Part shown: positions 38,763 through 49,139 of the stretch, piece by piece
Position numbering within the stretch: the stretch's first letter is position 1
Layout of the letters: each line of letters begins with the position of its first letter
From: Alphaproteobacteria bacterium
GTDB taxonomy: Bacteria > Pseudomonadota > Alphaproteobacteria > GCA-2746255
Reading direction: 5' to 3'
Assembly: GCA_965249135.1 (NCBI GenBank)
Contig: OZ252220.1
Location: forward strand, 448,001-512,000
Length of the DNA: 64,000 nt
Translations under genes and position numbers: made by a program
Notes under the pieces: model-generated
What the model was told of the DNA's origin: nothing
The model's database searches: none
What the model saw: the letters and a program-made list of their open reading frames with translations, nothing else

Positions 38763-40202
38763 TTATTTTAGGCCGCGAATGACCGGAATGTCCAACTCGC
38801 GGATTTTCTTGCGGAGCGTATTCCGGTTGAGTCCCAAGATCTCTGCCGCCTTGACTTGATTCCCCCGCGTCGCGGCAAGGGTGAAGGCGAGAAGCGGTTT
38901 TTCCACTTCGCGAATGACATGTTCGTAAAGGCCGGGCGGCAGTTCGTCCGGCTGTGCGCCGAAGGCATGCCTTAGGTGACGCTCGACGGCAACGCCCAAC
39001 CCCTCGCCGTTGAGCGGGACGGCCAAGCCTTGCGGGCGCAATTCGGAAAATTCGGATTCGATGACGTCGAGGCCGATGACTTCCTGGGAATAAAGCCCCG
39101 CAAGTCGGCGAGCCAGGTTTTCCAACTCGCGGACGTTGCCCGGCCAGGCATATGCCTTCAACCGTTCCATCGCGTCCGGCTCCAGCGTCTTCATGGGCAG
39201 ACCTTCCGATCCGGCCTGGGACAGGAAGTGACGGACAAGGGCCGGTATGTCCTCAACCCGCTCGCGAAGCGGCGGCAGGCGCATCGGAACGACGTTCAGG
39301 CGGTAAAAAAGATCTTCCCGGAAGAGTCTCTGATTCACGAGCTGCTGCAGGTTGCGGTGCGTTGCGGCAATGATTCGGACGTTCGCCCGGATCGGTGTCT
39401 GCCCACCCACCGTCGTAAACTCACCTTCCTGCAGGACCCGCAGAAGCCGGGTTTGCGCTTCAAGCGGCATGTCCCCGATCTCGTCGAGGAAAAGCGTACC
39501 CCCTTCCGCCTGTTCGAAGCGCCCGGTGTGGCGGCTGGCGGCGCCGGTGAACGCGCCTTTCTCATGACCGAAAAGCTCGCTTTCGATCAATTCCTTCGGG
39601 ATAGCCGCCATGTTGATGGCGAGGAACGGCGCGTTCCGGCGTTTGCCAAAATCATGGAGCGCGCGCGCGACAAGTTCCTTGCCCGTTCCCGATTCGCCCG
39701 AGATCATGACGGTCAGGTCCGTCCCCATGAGACGGGCCAGAACCCGGTAGATCTCCTGCATCGCCGGTGAACGCCCGATAAGAGGGAGCTGCTCTTCCGT
39801 TTCCACGCCGTCGGCTGAGGAAGTCGTGCGGGCATCGGAAACGGTGAGTGCGCGTTCGACGGCGTTCACGAGTTCCTTGAGATCGAATGGTTTCGGTAGG
39901 TATTCGAAGGCGCCGCGTTCCGTGGCCCGAACGGCGGTCATCAACGTGTTCTGGGCGCTCATGACGATGACGCGAAGGTTGGATCGGAGTTTCTTGATCC
40001 GCGGGATGAGATCGAGGCCGTTCTCGTCCGGCAGAATCACATCCGTAATGACGAGCTCTCCTTCCCCATTGCTGACCCACTTCCAAAGCGTTGCAGCATT
40101 GCCCGTCGAACGCACCTCGTGCCCCTGACGGTTCAGCGCCTCTTCGATAACAAGCCGGATCGCGCGATCGTCATCGGCAAGAAGGATCGTGGAATTCGTC
40201 AT
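38763..40202 (-). CDS. ntrC: Nitrogen regulation response regulator NtrC
   Basis: Receiver domain, [22 protein letters not shown]-terminal [14 protein letters not shown]. Confidence 0.96.
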   Translation of the reverse strand: MTNSTILLADDDRAIRLVIEEALNRQGHEVRSTGNAATLWKWVSNGEGELVITDVILPDENGLDLIPRIKKLRSNLRVIVMSAQNTLMTAVRATERGAFEYLPKPFDLKELVNAVERALTVSDARTTSSADGVETEEQLPLIGRSPAMQEIYRVLARLMGTDLTVMISGESGTGKELVARALHDFGKRRNAPFLAINMAAIPKELIESELFGHEKGAFTGAASRHTGRFEQAEGGTLFLDEIGDMPLEAQTRLLRVLQEGEFTTVGGQTPIRANVRIIAATHRNLQQLVNQRLFREDLFYRLNVVPMRLPPLRERVEDIPALVRHFLSQAGSEGLPMKTLEPDAMERLKAYAWPGNVRELENLARRLAGLYSQEVIGLDVIESEFSELRPQGLAVPLNGEGLGVAVERHLRHAFGAQPDELPPGLYEHVIREVEKPLLAFTLAATRGNQVKAAEILGLNRNTLRKKIRELDIPVIRGLK

Positions 40203-41320
40203 GGGTCTTCCTTCCTTTCATGATCGATTGGCAGCATGACACGGAAGACCGTGCGGTTTGGCTCGCTGTCGAACTCGATGACACCACTGTGGTCATCGAT
40301 GATCTTGGCAACGAGGGCAAGGCCAAGGCCGGTGCCGTTGACCTTCGCCGTGACGAAGGGATCAAAAAGATGCGGGCGGATCTCATCCGGAATGCCCGTC
40401 CCGTTATCCCGAATGCTGACCACAAGCGGCAGCAGCACGCGATGGCTGCCGTTGGGACTGCCAAGCCGCATGCCATGTTGGTAGGCGGTCGTGAACACGA
40501 TCTCGCCATTCGCACTGGGCACCGCCTCGGCGGCGTTCTTCACCAGGTTCAGAAATACCTGGATCAACTGGTCGCGATTGCCGGAAACCGGGGGCAGCGA
40601 GGGATCGTACTGCTCGACGAAACGAAGGTGACGGGCGAACCCGTTTTGCGCGATTTCCCGGACACGATCGAGCACGAGGTGGATATTGACCGGACCCCGT
40701 TCGATGGGCAGACCGTTCGAAAAGACTTCCATCCGATTGACCAGCGTGCAGATGCGGTCCGTCTCGTCGCAGATGAGGCGCGTTAAGGCCCGGTCTTCCG
40801 CCTTGGCGTTCTGTTCCAGAAGCTGGGCCGCCCCGCGAATGCCCGACAGCGGGTTCTTCACCTCATGGGCCAGCATGGCGGCCATCGCGGTTACGGAACG
40901 CGCGGCACCCTTATGAACGAGCTGGCGGTCGATCTTCTCGGCGATGGTGCGCTCATGAATGGAAAGCAGAAGATGGTCTTCCCGGTCCGCAACGGGAGCA
41001 ATCTGTACCGCCACGAGTCGCGGCGCAAAGCGCGGGCCGCTTAAGTTGAGCCCATATTCGAAAATACTGCTTCCCCCTTCACGCACTTGCCGGATCAGCG
41101 TGAACAGCGGGCTGTCCGACGGCAACAACTGACCTAAGGAGCGTCCATAGAGATAGGTTTCGCTCGCCTCGAAGAACTGTTCGGCGGGCGGGTTCGCAAA
41201 CCGGACTTCGTTTTCCGGTCCGATCACGAGCAGCGGATTGGGAAGGCTCGCCAGCACCTTCTCCATCTCCAATGCGCCCCCCGTCTCGTTTCGCTCCAGC
41301 CGGGAAATGGGTTCCGCCAT
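40199..41320 (-). CDS. ntrB: Sensor histidine kinase NtrB
   Basis: PAS domain, [29 protein letters not shown]; start taken as ATG 41320. Confidence 0.95.
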   Translation of the reverse strand: MAEPISRLERNETGGALEMEKVLASLPNPLLVIGPENEVRFANPPAEQFFEASETYLYGRSLGQLLPSDSPLFTLIRQVREGGSSIFEYGLNLSGPRFAPRLVAVQIAPVADREDHLLLSIHERTIAEKIDRQLVHKGAARSVTAMAAMLAHEVKNPLSGIRGAAQLLEQNAKAEDRALTRLICDETDRICTLVNRMEVFSNGLPIERGPVNIHLVLDRVREIAQNGFARHLRFVEQYDPSLPPVSGNRDQLIQVFLNLVKNAAEAVPSANGEIVFTTAYQHGMRLGSPNGSHRVLLPLVVSIRDNGTGIPDEIRPHLFDPFVTAKVNGTGLGLALVAKIIDDHSGVIEFDSEPNRTVFRVMLPIDHERKEDP

Positions 41321-41372
41321 GCTCTTGAAAGCTTTTGAAATTCTTAATGTTTTACGATCTGGTCGATGAATA

Positions 41373-41416
41373 TGAATAGATTTTAGGCAGATTAAAAGCT
41401 GCATAATTATTATGCA
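41373..41416. promoter_or_regulatory. Tandem NtrC-type binding sites
   Basis: Palindrome TGCATAATTATTATGCA (41400-41416) and weaker TGAATAGATTTTAGGCA (41373-41389), upstream of ntrB. Confidence 0.65.
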
Positions 41417-41503
41417 AGCAGGATTCGCCCGGCCCCCTTGGCAAGGCGGTGGCTCACGTCTAGGTTGACGCGATTCCGTCCTTAAGGGAGAACACGCAAG
41501 GTT

Positions 41504-42658
41504 ATGACCGGTTGCGCCGCCTTGATCGTTGCCGCCGGCCGCGGTCACCGCCTCGGCGGTGGAAGGCCCAAGCAATACATGCCGCTGGGCGGCAAGGCGG
41601 TGTTGCGGCATGCCGTCGAGGCGTTCGCCACCCATCCGAAAATCGATTTCACCCAGGTCGTCATCCACCCGGACGATGACGAACTTTATGCCGAGGCCAT
41701 GGAGGGCCTTGCGATCGCCCCGCCGATTGCCGGCGGCGAGACGCGCCAGGATTCGGTGCGCCTCGGCCTGGAAAAGCTTGAGAGCCAAGCGCCCGAAACC
41801 GTGCTCATCCATGACGCGGCGCGGCCCTTCATCGATGCCGCCACCATTGAGCGCGTGGTGGGTGCCCTGGCGACCGAACGCGCCGCGATCGCCGCCGTGG
41901 CCGTTGCGGACACGTTGAAGCGCGAAGCCGCCGGCCACATTGCCGCCACCGTTGAGCGGGCCGGGCTTTGGCGGGCCCAGACCCCCCAGGGCTTTCACTT
42001 TTCGGAGATTCTCGAGGCCCACGCCTTAGCAAAGGGCACCGAATTTACGGACGATGCCGCCGTCGCCGCGGCGGCCGGTATTCCGGTTGGGCTGGTCAGC
42101 GGAACGGAAGCGAACTTCAAGGTGACCACGGCAGACGATTTCGTACGCGCCGAGCGCATGACAACCGGAACGGCGGGCTTGCCTCGTGTCGGGCAAGGAT
42201 TCGATCTGCACCGTTTCGGCCCGGGCAATCACGTGATGATCTGCGGCGTTTCCATTCCCTACAGCCAGGGGATCGAGGCCCATTCGGACGGTGACGTCGG
42301 CTTGCACGCGATCACGGACGCCATCTTAGGGGCGATCGGGGAAGGCGACATCGGCGCCCATTTCCCGCCGTCGGACCCGAAATGGCGGAACGTCGATTCG
42401 GCCGTCTTTCTTCACGACGCGCTCACCCGCCTGGCCGGACTGGGGGGGCGAATCCACAACCTCGATGTGACGCTGATCTGCGAGGAACCGAAGGTCGGAC
42501 CCCATCGCGATGCGATGGTCGCACGCATTGCCGCCATCACCGGGCTTCCGGAGAGCACCATCAACGTGAAGGCAACGACGACGGAAGGATTGGGTTTCCT
42601 GGGCAGGAAGGAAGCCATCGCGGCCCAGGCCATCGCTACCGTTGTCCTTCCGGGCTAA
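41504..42658 (+). CDS. ispDF: Bifunctional IspD/IspF
   Basis: AAGRGHRLG..PKQY, HDAARP, AQTPQ, GQGFDLH, HSDGDV, KATTTEGLGF. Confidence 0.96.
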   Translation: MTGCAALIVAAGRGHRLGGGRPKQYMPLGGKAVLRHAVEAFATHPKIDFTQVVIHPDDDELYAEAMEGLAIAPPIAGGETRQDSVRLGLEKLESQAPETVLIHDAARPFIDAATIERVVGALATERAAIAAVAVADTLKREAAGHIAATVERAGLWRAQTPQGFHFSEILEAHALAKGTEFTDDAAVAAAAGIPVGLVSGTEANFKVTTADDFVRAERMTTGTAGLPRVGQGFDLHRFGPGNHVMICGVSIPYSQGIEAHSDGDVGLHAITDAILGAIGEGDIGAHFPPSDPKWRNVDSAVFLHDALTRLAGLGGRIHNLDVTLICEEPKVGPHRDAMVARIAAITGLPESTINVKATTTEGLGFLGRKEAIAAQAIATVVLPG

Positions 42659-42664
42659 CCGTCC

Positions 42665-43153
42665 GTGGACGCCTCACGGAAAGATCCCGCCCTTCCCTTC
42701 ACCCATCCGGCGTTTTGGCTGGGAACGGTTTTCGGGATCGGCCGCCTTCCGTTTGCGCCCGGCACCTGGGCTTCGTTGGTTGCGCTGCTTATCGGCTGGT
42801 TCGTTACCGGCGCCCTTGGCCATGGCGGCATCGCCCTTCTCGCCCTGCTTTTCATTCCGATCGGCATCTGGGCGGCCGAGATTTGCGCACGCGCTTCGAA
42901 AGTTGAGGACCCACCCACCGTCGTCATCGACGAGGTCGTCGCCCTCTGGGCCATCCTCGCCTTCGTGCCGCGCGAAGTGCTGTTCTATGGCCTTGGCTTT
43001 TTTCTCTTCCGGGCAGCGGATATCCTGAAGCCTTGGCCGATCCGCCAGTTCGAACGGCGGGTTCCCGGCGGCATCGGCATCATGGCGGATGACTGGCTGG
43101 CCGCCGCCTACGCGCTGGCCGGTGTTTACGCCGTGAAGTTCGTCATCGGATAG
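42665..43153 (+). CDS. pgpA: Phosphatidylglycerophosphatase A
   Basis: APGTWAS, DPPTVVIDEV, FRAADILKPWPI, GIMADD. Confidence 0.93.
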   Translation: MDASRKDPALPFTHPAFWLGTVFGIGRLPFAPGTWASLVALLIGWFVTGALGHGGIALLALLFIPIGIWAAEICARASKVEDPPTVVIDEVVALWAILAFVPREVLFYGLGFFLFRAADILKPWPIRQFERRVPGGIGIMADDWLAAAYALAGVYAVKFVIG

Positions 43154-43159
43154 AAGCGT

Positions 43160-43660
43160 ATGTTTGCCAAGGAATTGTTGGAGGCAACGGACAAGCTGCT
43201 TCTTCTTTGCAACGAGGCGGGGCTTCGCCTGGCCACCGCCGAATCCTGCACGGGCGGCCTCATTGCAGGGTGCATGACGGAAATCCCCGGCGCTTCGAAC
43301 GTGCTGGAACGGGGTTTCGTCACCTATTCGGATGAATCGAAGACGGCCCTGCTCGGCGTTTCAAAAGAATTGCTCGAGACAATGGGCGCCGTCAGTGAAG
43401 AAGTCGCCAGCGCCATGGCGGAAGGGGCCATCGAGGCGGCCGGCGTCGATCTTTCCATCGCCGTCACCGGCGTTGCCGGGCCAGGCGGAGGCACGAAGGA
43501 AAAGCCGGTCGGTCTCGTCCACATGGCCGCCGCCGCCCAAGGTACTTCGACCCTTCACGAGCGCCATCTGTTCGAGGGGGGGCGCACGGAAGTTCGCATG
43601 CAGGCCGTTCGTGCCGCGATCGCGCTTCTTGCCAAACAGGCAAACACGCTTATCCCTTAA
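43160..43660 (+). CDS. CinA/PncC family nicotinamide-nucleotide amidohydrolase
   Basis: ATAESCTGG, GFVTYS, TGVAGPGGG. Confidence 0.93.
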   Translation: MFAKELLEATDKLLLLCNEAGLRLATAESCTGGLIAGCMTEIPGASNVLERGFVTYSDESKTALLGVSKELLETMGAVSEEVASAMAEGAIEAAGVDLSIAVTGVAGPGGGTKEKPVGLVHMAAAAQGTSTLHERHLFEGGRTEVRMQAVRAAIALLAKQANTLIP

Positions 43661-44109
43661 GCGGTGGGCGCCTTCGGCATGCCGTAGATTTCATGGGCCC
43701 GGTTCTCGAAGGCCAGAACGAGGCGCCGGACCGCCTCGTTGAACAGACCGCCAACCATTTTCTGAAAAAGGCGCGAGTGGAATTCGAAGTCGATATAGAA
43801 ATCGATCATGCAGCCGCCGTCCGGGGCCGCCTCGAAGATCCAGTGGTTGTTGAGGTGATGAAGGGGGCCCTTCGTGTAGCGAATGTCGATCCGATACGGC
43901 CGGTCGAAGACGTCGACGGATGAAAAACGCTCGCGGAGCATCTTGAAACCGATCACAAGGTCGGCATGGACCGTGTTGCCTTCCCGCTTCCGAATCCTGG
44001 CGGCCAGACACCAGGGAAGAAATTCCGGATAGCGTTCAATGTCGGCCACCAGGTCGAAAAGCTGTTCCGGCGTGTAGGGCAGATGACATTTTTCCGCGTG
44101 GGTCGGCAT
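43657..44109 (-). CDS. Coq10/RatA (START domain) protein
   Basis: LFDLVADIERYPEFLPWC; adjacent to lipA. Confidence 0.92.
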   Translation of the reverse strand: MPTHAEKCHLPYTPEQLFDLVADIERYPEFLPWCLAARIRKREGNTVHADLVIGFKMLRERFSSVDVFDRPYRIDIRYTKGPLHHLNNHWIFEAAPDGGCMIDFYIDFEFHSRLFQKMVGGLFNEAVRRLVLAFENRAHEIYGMPKAPTA

Positions 44110-44118
44110 GGGGCCGGT

Positions 44119-45036
44119 CTAACCGCCGGCAAGCCGTGCCTCGCGCGCGTTGCGAAGGGCTTCGAAATCCGTGTCCGCGTGGTAGGAAGAACGCGTCAAG
44201 GGCGAGGAAGAAACCATAAGGAAGCCTTTCGCAAGGGCAAGCCGGCGATATTCATCGAACGCCTCAGGGGTTACGTATTCGACGACGGGCGCATGGTGCG
44301 GCGTCGGTCGCAAATACTGTCCGATGGTAAGGAAATCGACGTCTGCCGAGCGCAGATCGTCCATCACCTGAAGCACTTCGTCCTTCGACTCGCCGAAGCC
44401 CACCATGATGCCGGACTTCGTAAAGATGGAGGCATCCATCTTCTTCACTTGATCGAGCAAACGAAGCGAATGGAAATAGCGAGCCCCCGGCCGGATTCGG
44501 GTGTAAAGGCTCGGCACCGTCTCGAGGTTATGATTGAAAACGTCCGGCTTTGCTGCGACGACCCTTTCGATCGCCCCTTCCTTCCTTAAGAAATCAGGCG
44601 TCAGCACTTCGACCGTCGTTTCCGGCGCGCGGGCGTGAATTTCCTCGATGCAGCGAACGAAGTGGTCCGCGCCTCCGTCCGGCAGGTCGTCCCGATCGAC
44701 GGAGGTAATCACGATATGGTTGAGTCCCATTTCCGCAACCGCGCGCGCCACGTTTTCCGGCTCGTGCGGATCCAGAAGATCGGGCTTGCCGGTGGCAACG
44801 TTACAGAAAGCGCAGGCCCGCGTGCAGACGCTTCCCAAGATCATGACGGTGGCATGCTTTTGGGACCAGCATTCCCCGATATTCGGGCAGGCCGCTTCCT
44901 CGCACACCGTGTTGAGCTTAAGACGGCGCATCAGGTTTCGGGTTTCCACATACGCCTTCGAGCCCGGCGCCTTTACCCGAATCCAGGGCGGTTTGCGAAG
45001 CGGTTCTTGGTGTTGAAGGTTCGTGACGTCGCCCAT
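44119..45036 (-). CDS. lipA: Lipoyl synthase
   Basis: [26 protein letters not shown]. Confidence 0.97.
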   Translation of the reverse strand: MGDVTNLQHQEPLRKPPWIRVKAPGSKAYVETRNLMRRLKLNTVCEEAACPNIGECWSQKHATVMILGSVCTRACAFCNVATGKPDLLDPHEPENVARAVAEMGLNHIVITSVDRDDLPDGGADHFVRCIEEIHARAPETTVEVLTPDFLRKEGAIERVVAAKPDVFNHNLETVPSLYTRIRPGARYFHSLRLLDQVKKMDASIFTKSGIMVGFGESKDEVLQVMDDLRSADVDFLTIGQYLRPTPHHAPVVEYVTPEAFDEYRRLALAKGFLMVSSSPLTRSSYHADTDFEALRNAREARLAGG

Positions 45037-45051
45037 GCTCTCACCTCACTC

Positions 45052-46452
45052 CTAGAAATGGATGACGCGGTCATAGGCGTCAAGAACGGACTCGTGCAAC
45101 ATTTCCGAAAGCGTCGGGTGGGGGAAGATGGCTTCGATCAGGTCCGCTTCCGTCGTCTCAAGGGTGCGGGCCACCATATAGCCTTGAATCATCTCGGTTG
45201 CATCCGCACCGATGATATGGGCGCCCAAAAGCTCGCCGCTTTTCTTGTCGAACACCGTTTTCACAAGCCCTTCCGCCTCGCCTATGGCGATCGCCTTGCC
45301 GTTCCCCCGATAGGGAAAGCGCCCGATGCGGATCTCATGGCCTGCCGCCTTTGCCGCCTTTTCCGTCATGCCGACGCTTGCCACTTGCGGCATCGAATAG
45401 GTGCAGCCCGGCACGCGCGTCACGTCGAGCGGATGCACCCCCTTCACGCCGGCGATCCGCTCCACACAGACGACGCCTTCGTGGCTCGCCTTATGAGCAA
45501 GCCAGGGTGGCCCGACCAGATCGCCGATGGCATAGACCCCCGGCTCACCCGTTGCCAGCCACGCATCGACGACGACATGTCCCTTCTCGACCTTCACCTT
45601 CGTTCCTTCGAGCCCTAAGTCTTCGACGTTGCCGGTGATGCCCACCGCAAGGATCGCACGCTCCGCCTTAACCAATTCTTCCTTGCCGGCCGCTTTGATC
45701 TGCGCCGTGACCCCGGTCTTCGTCGCCTTCAGGTTTTCGACGGCCGCCTGCGCGCGGATTTGGATGCCCTGTTTTTCGAAGGCCTTGCGTGCGAGATCTG
45801 AGATTTCCTCGTCCTCCACCGGAAGGATGCGATCAAGAATTTCCACGACCGTGACCTCGGCCCCGAGATTCCGATAGAAACTCGCGAACTCGATGCCGAT
45901 GGCGCCGGAACCGATGACAAGAAGCGACTTTGGAAAGGTCTTCGGCACCATCGCCTCCATGTAGGTCCAGATCCCCTCCCCGTCCGGCTGCAGACCGGGC
46001 AGGGTCTTTGCCCGGGCGCCGGTGCCTAAGATGATGTGTTTTGCCTCGACCTCGCCGATCTTCTTCTTGGCCTTCTCGATTGTGAGCCTTCCCTTGCCCG
46101 CCAGGCGGCCCCGGCCTTCGATGACGTCGACCTTGTTCTTCTTCATGAGGTAGGTGACCCCCTTCGAGAGCTGGTCGGCGACCGCGCGCGAGCGCGCGAC
46201 GATTTTCTGAATATCGAAGCGAATGTCCTTCGCGGAGAAGCCGAAATCATCGAGGTGATGGAGAAGGTGATGAATTTCCGAGCAGCGCAGCAGCGCCTTC
46301 GTCGGAATGCAGCCCCAATTGAGGCAAATGCCGCCCAGGTGCTTTTCTTCGACGATCGCCGTCTTTAAGCCCAACTGGCTGGCACGGATCGCGGCGACAT
46401 AGCCGCCGGGCCCGCTGCCGACGACGACGAGATCGTATTTTGTGCTAGCCAT
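45052..46452 (-). CDS. lpdA: Dihydrolipoyl dehydrogenase
   Basis: GSGPGGY, GGICLNWGCIPTK, HPTLSE. Confidence 0.97.
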   Translation of the reverse strand: MASTKYDLVVVGSGPGGYVAAIRASQLGLKTAIVEEKHLGGICLNWGCIPTKALLRCSEIHHLLHHLDDFGFSAKDIRFDIQKIVARSRAVADQLSKGVTYLMKKNKVDVIEGRGRLAGKGRLTIEKAKKKIGEVEAKHIILGTGARAKTLPGLQPDGEGIWTYMEAMVPKTFPKSLLVIGSGAIGIEFASFYRNLGAEVTVVEILDRILPVEDEEISDLARKAFEKQGIQIRAQAAVENLKATKTGVTAQIKAAGKEELVKAERAILAVGITGNVEDLGLEGTKVKVEKGHVVVDAWLATGEPGVYAIGDLVGPPWLAHKASHEGVVCVERIAGVKGVHPLDVTRVPGCTYSMPQVASVGMTEKAAKAAGHEIRIGRFPYRGNGKAIAIGEAEGLVKTVFDKKSGELLGAHIIGADATEMIQGYMVARTLETTEADLIEAIFPHPTLSEMLHESVLDAYDRVIHF

Positions 46453-47749
46453 ATCCTGCCTCCTTCAGGAGCATCCGAGCAGGCTCCTCGACGTAACGCT
46501 TGAAGGCGGCAAGGAATTCAGCGCCCACGGCGCCGTCGACGACGCGATGGTCGCAGGTAAGTGTGCAGCTCATCATGGTGGCGGTGGTAACCGCGCCGTC
46601 TCTGGCGACGGCGCGTGGTTCGCCGGCCCCGACGGCCATGATGCAGGCTTGCGGCGGGTTCAAAACGGCATCGAATTGGCGAATGCCGAACATGCCGAGA
46701 TTCGAAATCGTGAACGTGCCACCCTGGAACTCTTCGGGCCGGAGTTTCCCCTTGCGCGCCCTCGCAACCAGATCCTTGGCTTCCACGGCGATTTCCCGAA
46801 CCGTTTTCGCTTCCGCATTCCGGACGATCGGGGTAATCAGGCCGCGTTCCGTTGCAACCGCCATCGAAATGTCGGCCGCCTCGTATTGACGGATCGCCTT
46901 TTCACCCCAACTCGAATTCGCGCCCGGTACGTCCATCAATGCCAGCGCCGCCGCGCGAATAAGAAAGTCGTTCACGGAAAGCTTCTGATCTTCCAGCATC
47001 TCGTTCGCCTGTTTGCGTACGGAAAGAAGCGCGTCGATTTCACAATCGATCGAAAGGAAGAAGGTTGGCACTCCCTGATGAACCTGGGTCAGACGTTCGG
47101 CAATGACTTTTCGAATGTTCGTGTTCGGAATTTCCTTGAACGGCGGAAGCTCGCCGGGCGCGCGTGCGATGGGCCGGCTCCTCGCGCGCGCGCCACCCGT
47201 CTTGGGGGCGGCCTCGACGTCGCGCTTTACGATGCGCCCCTTGGGACCGGAGCCTTGGATGCGGGCAAGATCGACCCCGCCTTCCGCGGCCAGCCTTCGG
47301 GCCAGGGGAGAAGCGAAAATCCGCGCAGCCCCCCCGCCGTTCGGCTTTCTCGGTGCGGCGGGTGCGGTTGCAGCTTTCGGCGCCGGTTTTTTCGGCGGTT
47401 TTTCCGGCGCCGCCTCGAAGGGAGCGGCTTGCTTGGGCGTTTCCTGCGGCGTTGCCGGCTTCGGTGGCGCGGCGATTTTCACGTCCTTCAAGGCAGAGGC
47501 GTCTTCGCCTTCTTCCAGGAGCCAGGCAATGGGTGCGTTCACCTTCACGCCTTCCGTCCCATCCGGCACCAGAATCTTGCCCAATATTCCCTCTTCCGGC
47601 GCTTCCATCTCGACCGTCGCCTTGTCCGTCTCGACCTCCGCCAGCACGTCGCCGATGGCGACCGCGTCGCCTTCCGCCTTCACCCACTTGCTGAGCGTTC
47701 CTTCCTCCATGGTCGGGCTTAAGGCTTGCATCAGGACGTGCTTCGGCAT
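46445..47749 (-). CDS. pdhC: Pyruvate dehydrogenase E2 (dihydrolipoamide acetyltransferase)
   Basis: Lipoyl ETDKA, ASPLARR binding domain, DHRVVDG. Confidence 0.95.
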   Translation of the reverse strand: MPKHVLMQALSPTMEEGTLSKWVKAEGDAVAIGDVLAEVETDKATVEMEAPEEGILGKILVPDGTEGVKVNAPIAWLLEEGEDASALKDVKIAAPPKPATPQETPKQAAPFEAAPEKPPKKPAPKAATAPAAPRKPNGGGAARIFASPLARRLAAEGGVDLARIQGSGPKGRIVKRDVEAAPKTGGARARSRPIARAPGELPPFKEIPNTNIRKVIAERLTQVHQGVPTFFLSIDCEIDALLSVRKQANEMLEDQKLSVNDFLIRAAALALMDVPGANSSWGEKAIRQYEAADISMAVATERGLITPIVRNAEAKTVREIAVEAKDLVARARKGKLRPEEFQGGTFTISNLGMFGIRQFDAVLNPPQACIMAVGAGEPRAVARDGAVTTATMMSCTLTCDHRVVDGAVGAEFLAAFKRYVEEPARMLLKEAGYG

Positions 47750-47753
47750 GGCG

Positions 47754-49130
47754 CTAGTCCCGGTAACAGACCGCTTTCGCGGCTTTAGCGATGCGATCGG
47801 GGTTCGGCAGCGTCAGCGCTTCGAGATTGGCGGCATACGGCATGGGAACGTCGACGCCGGTAACGCGCGTCACCGGTGCGTCCAGATAATCGAAGAGTTC
47901 CTCCATGGCGCACGCCGCAAGCTCGGAACCGATCCCGGCAAACGACCAGCCTTCCTCGACGCTGATGAGCCGGTTCGTCTTCTTCACCGATTCAAGTATC
48001 GTCGGCAAATCAAGGGGGCAGATCGTGCGAAGGTCGATCACTTCCGCGTCGATTCCTTCCTTTTGAAGTTCTTCCGCGGCGGCCAGCGCATGTGTCACCA
48101 TCAAAGAAAAGGCGGTAATCGTTACATCGCCCCCCTCGCGCAGTACGCTCGCTTTGCCGATCGGCACGAGGAAGTCGGGGTCGGCAGGCACGTCGAAGTT
48201 TTGCCCGTAAAGAAGTTCGTTTTCCAGAAACACGACCGGGTTTGGATCCCTAATCGCTGATTTCAAGAGCCCCTTCACATCGGCACCGGAATAAGGGGCA
48301 ATGACCTTCAACCCGGGTATGTGCCCATACCAACTCGCATAGCATTGGGAATGTTGGGCGGCGACGCGGGCCGCGGCCCCGTTCGGTCCACGGAAGACGA
48401 TGGCCGCCGAAACCGCGCCGCCCGACATGTAGAGCGTCTTTGCCGCCGAATTGATCAGGTGATCGATCGCCTGCATGGCGAAGTTGAAGGTCATGAATTC
48501 GATGATCGGGCGAAGGCCTGCGAAAGCGGCGCCTACGCCAAGACCGCTGAACCCCATTTCGGTGATCGGCGTGTCCACGACACGCATCGCCCCGAATTCC
48601 TCGAGCAGCCCCTGGCTTACCTTATAGGCGCCCTGGTATTCGGCGACCTCTTCGCCCATCAGAAAGACGCTTTCGTCCCGGCGCATTTCCTCCGCCATCC
48701 CGTCGCGAAGGGCTTCCCGAAGGCTTTGGGTGACCGTCTCGCCTTCGTAAGCCGCTTCCGATACGGGTGCGGGCTGAGGCTGAGGCCCAAGCTTTGCCGG
48801 TATGGTTTCTTCCGGGGTGATTTCCCGGGGCGCCGTCTTCTTCGGTGGCGGGGCAGCCTTTACGTCTTTCAGGGCAGAGGCGTCTTCGCCTTCCTCGAGG
48901 ATCCACGCAATGGGCGCATTCACCTGCACCCCTTCCGTCCCTTCCGGCACCAGGATCTTGCCAAGCGTTCCCTCATCGACCGCCTCCAGCTCCATCGTCG
49001 CCTTGTCCGTCTCGATCTCCGCCAACAAATCGCCGGACGAAACCGCATCGCCTTCCGCCTTCAACCAGCGGGAAAGGGTTCCCTCTTCCATGGTCGGGCT
49101 TAACGCCGGCATCAAGACTTGCTTCGGCAT
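47754..49130 (-). CDS. pdhB: Pyruvate dehydrogenase E1 beta with N-terminal lipoyl domain
   Basis: [30 protein letters not shown]. Confidence 0.96.
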   Translation of the reverse strand: MPKQVLMPALSPTMEEGTLSRWLKAEGDAVSSGDLLAEIETDKATMELEAVDEGTLGKILVPEGTEGVQVNAPIAWILEEGEDASALKDVKAAPPPKKTAPREITPEETIPAKLGPQPQPAPVSEAAYEGETVTQSLREALRDGMAEEMRRDESVFLMGEEVAEYQGAYKVSQGLLEEFGAMRVVDTPITEMGFSGLGVGAAFAGLRPIIEFMTFNFAMQAIDHLINSAAKTLYMSGGAVSAAIVFRGPNGAAARVAAQHSQCYASWYGHIPGLKVIAPYSGADVKGLLKSAIRDPNPVVFLENELLYGQNFDVPADPDFLVPIGKASVLREGGDVTITAFSLMVTHALAAAEELQKEGIDAEVIDLRTICPLDLPTILESVKKTNRLISVEEGWSFAGIGSELAACAMEELFDYLDAPVTRVTGVDVPMPYAANLEALTLPNPDRIAKAAKAVCYRD

Positions 49131-49139
49131 GGCCTACCC

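Noticed and set aside
41321-42022. 607-aa extended NtrB
   Set aside because: The extension is antisense to ispDF and crosses the promoter; the real start is about 41320.
43657-44109. RatA toxin-antitoxin system
   Set aside because: This is the usual Coq10/START gene beside lipA, with no antitoxin partner.
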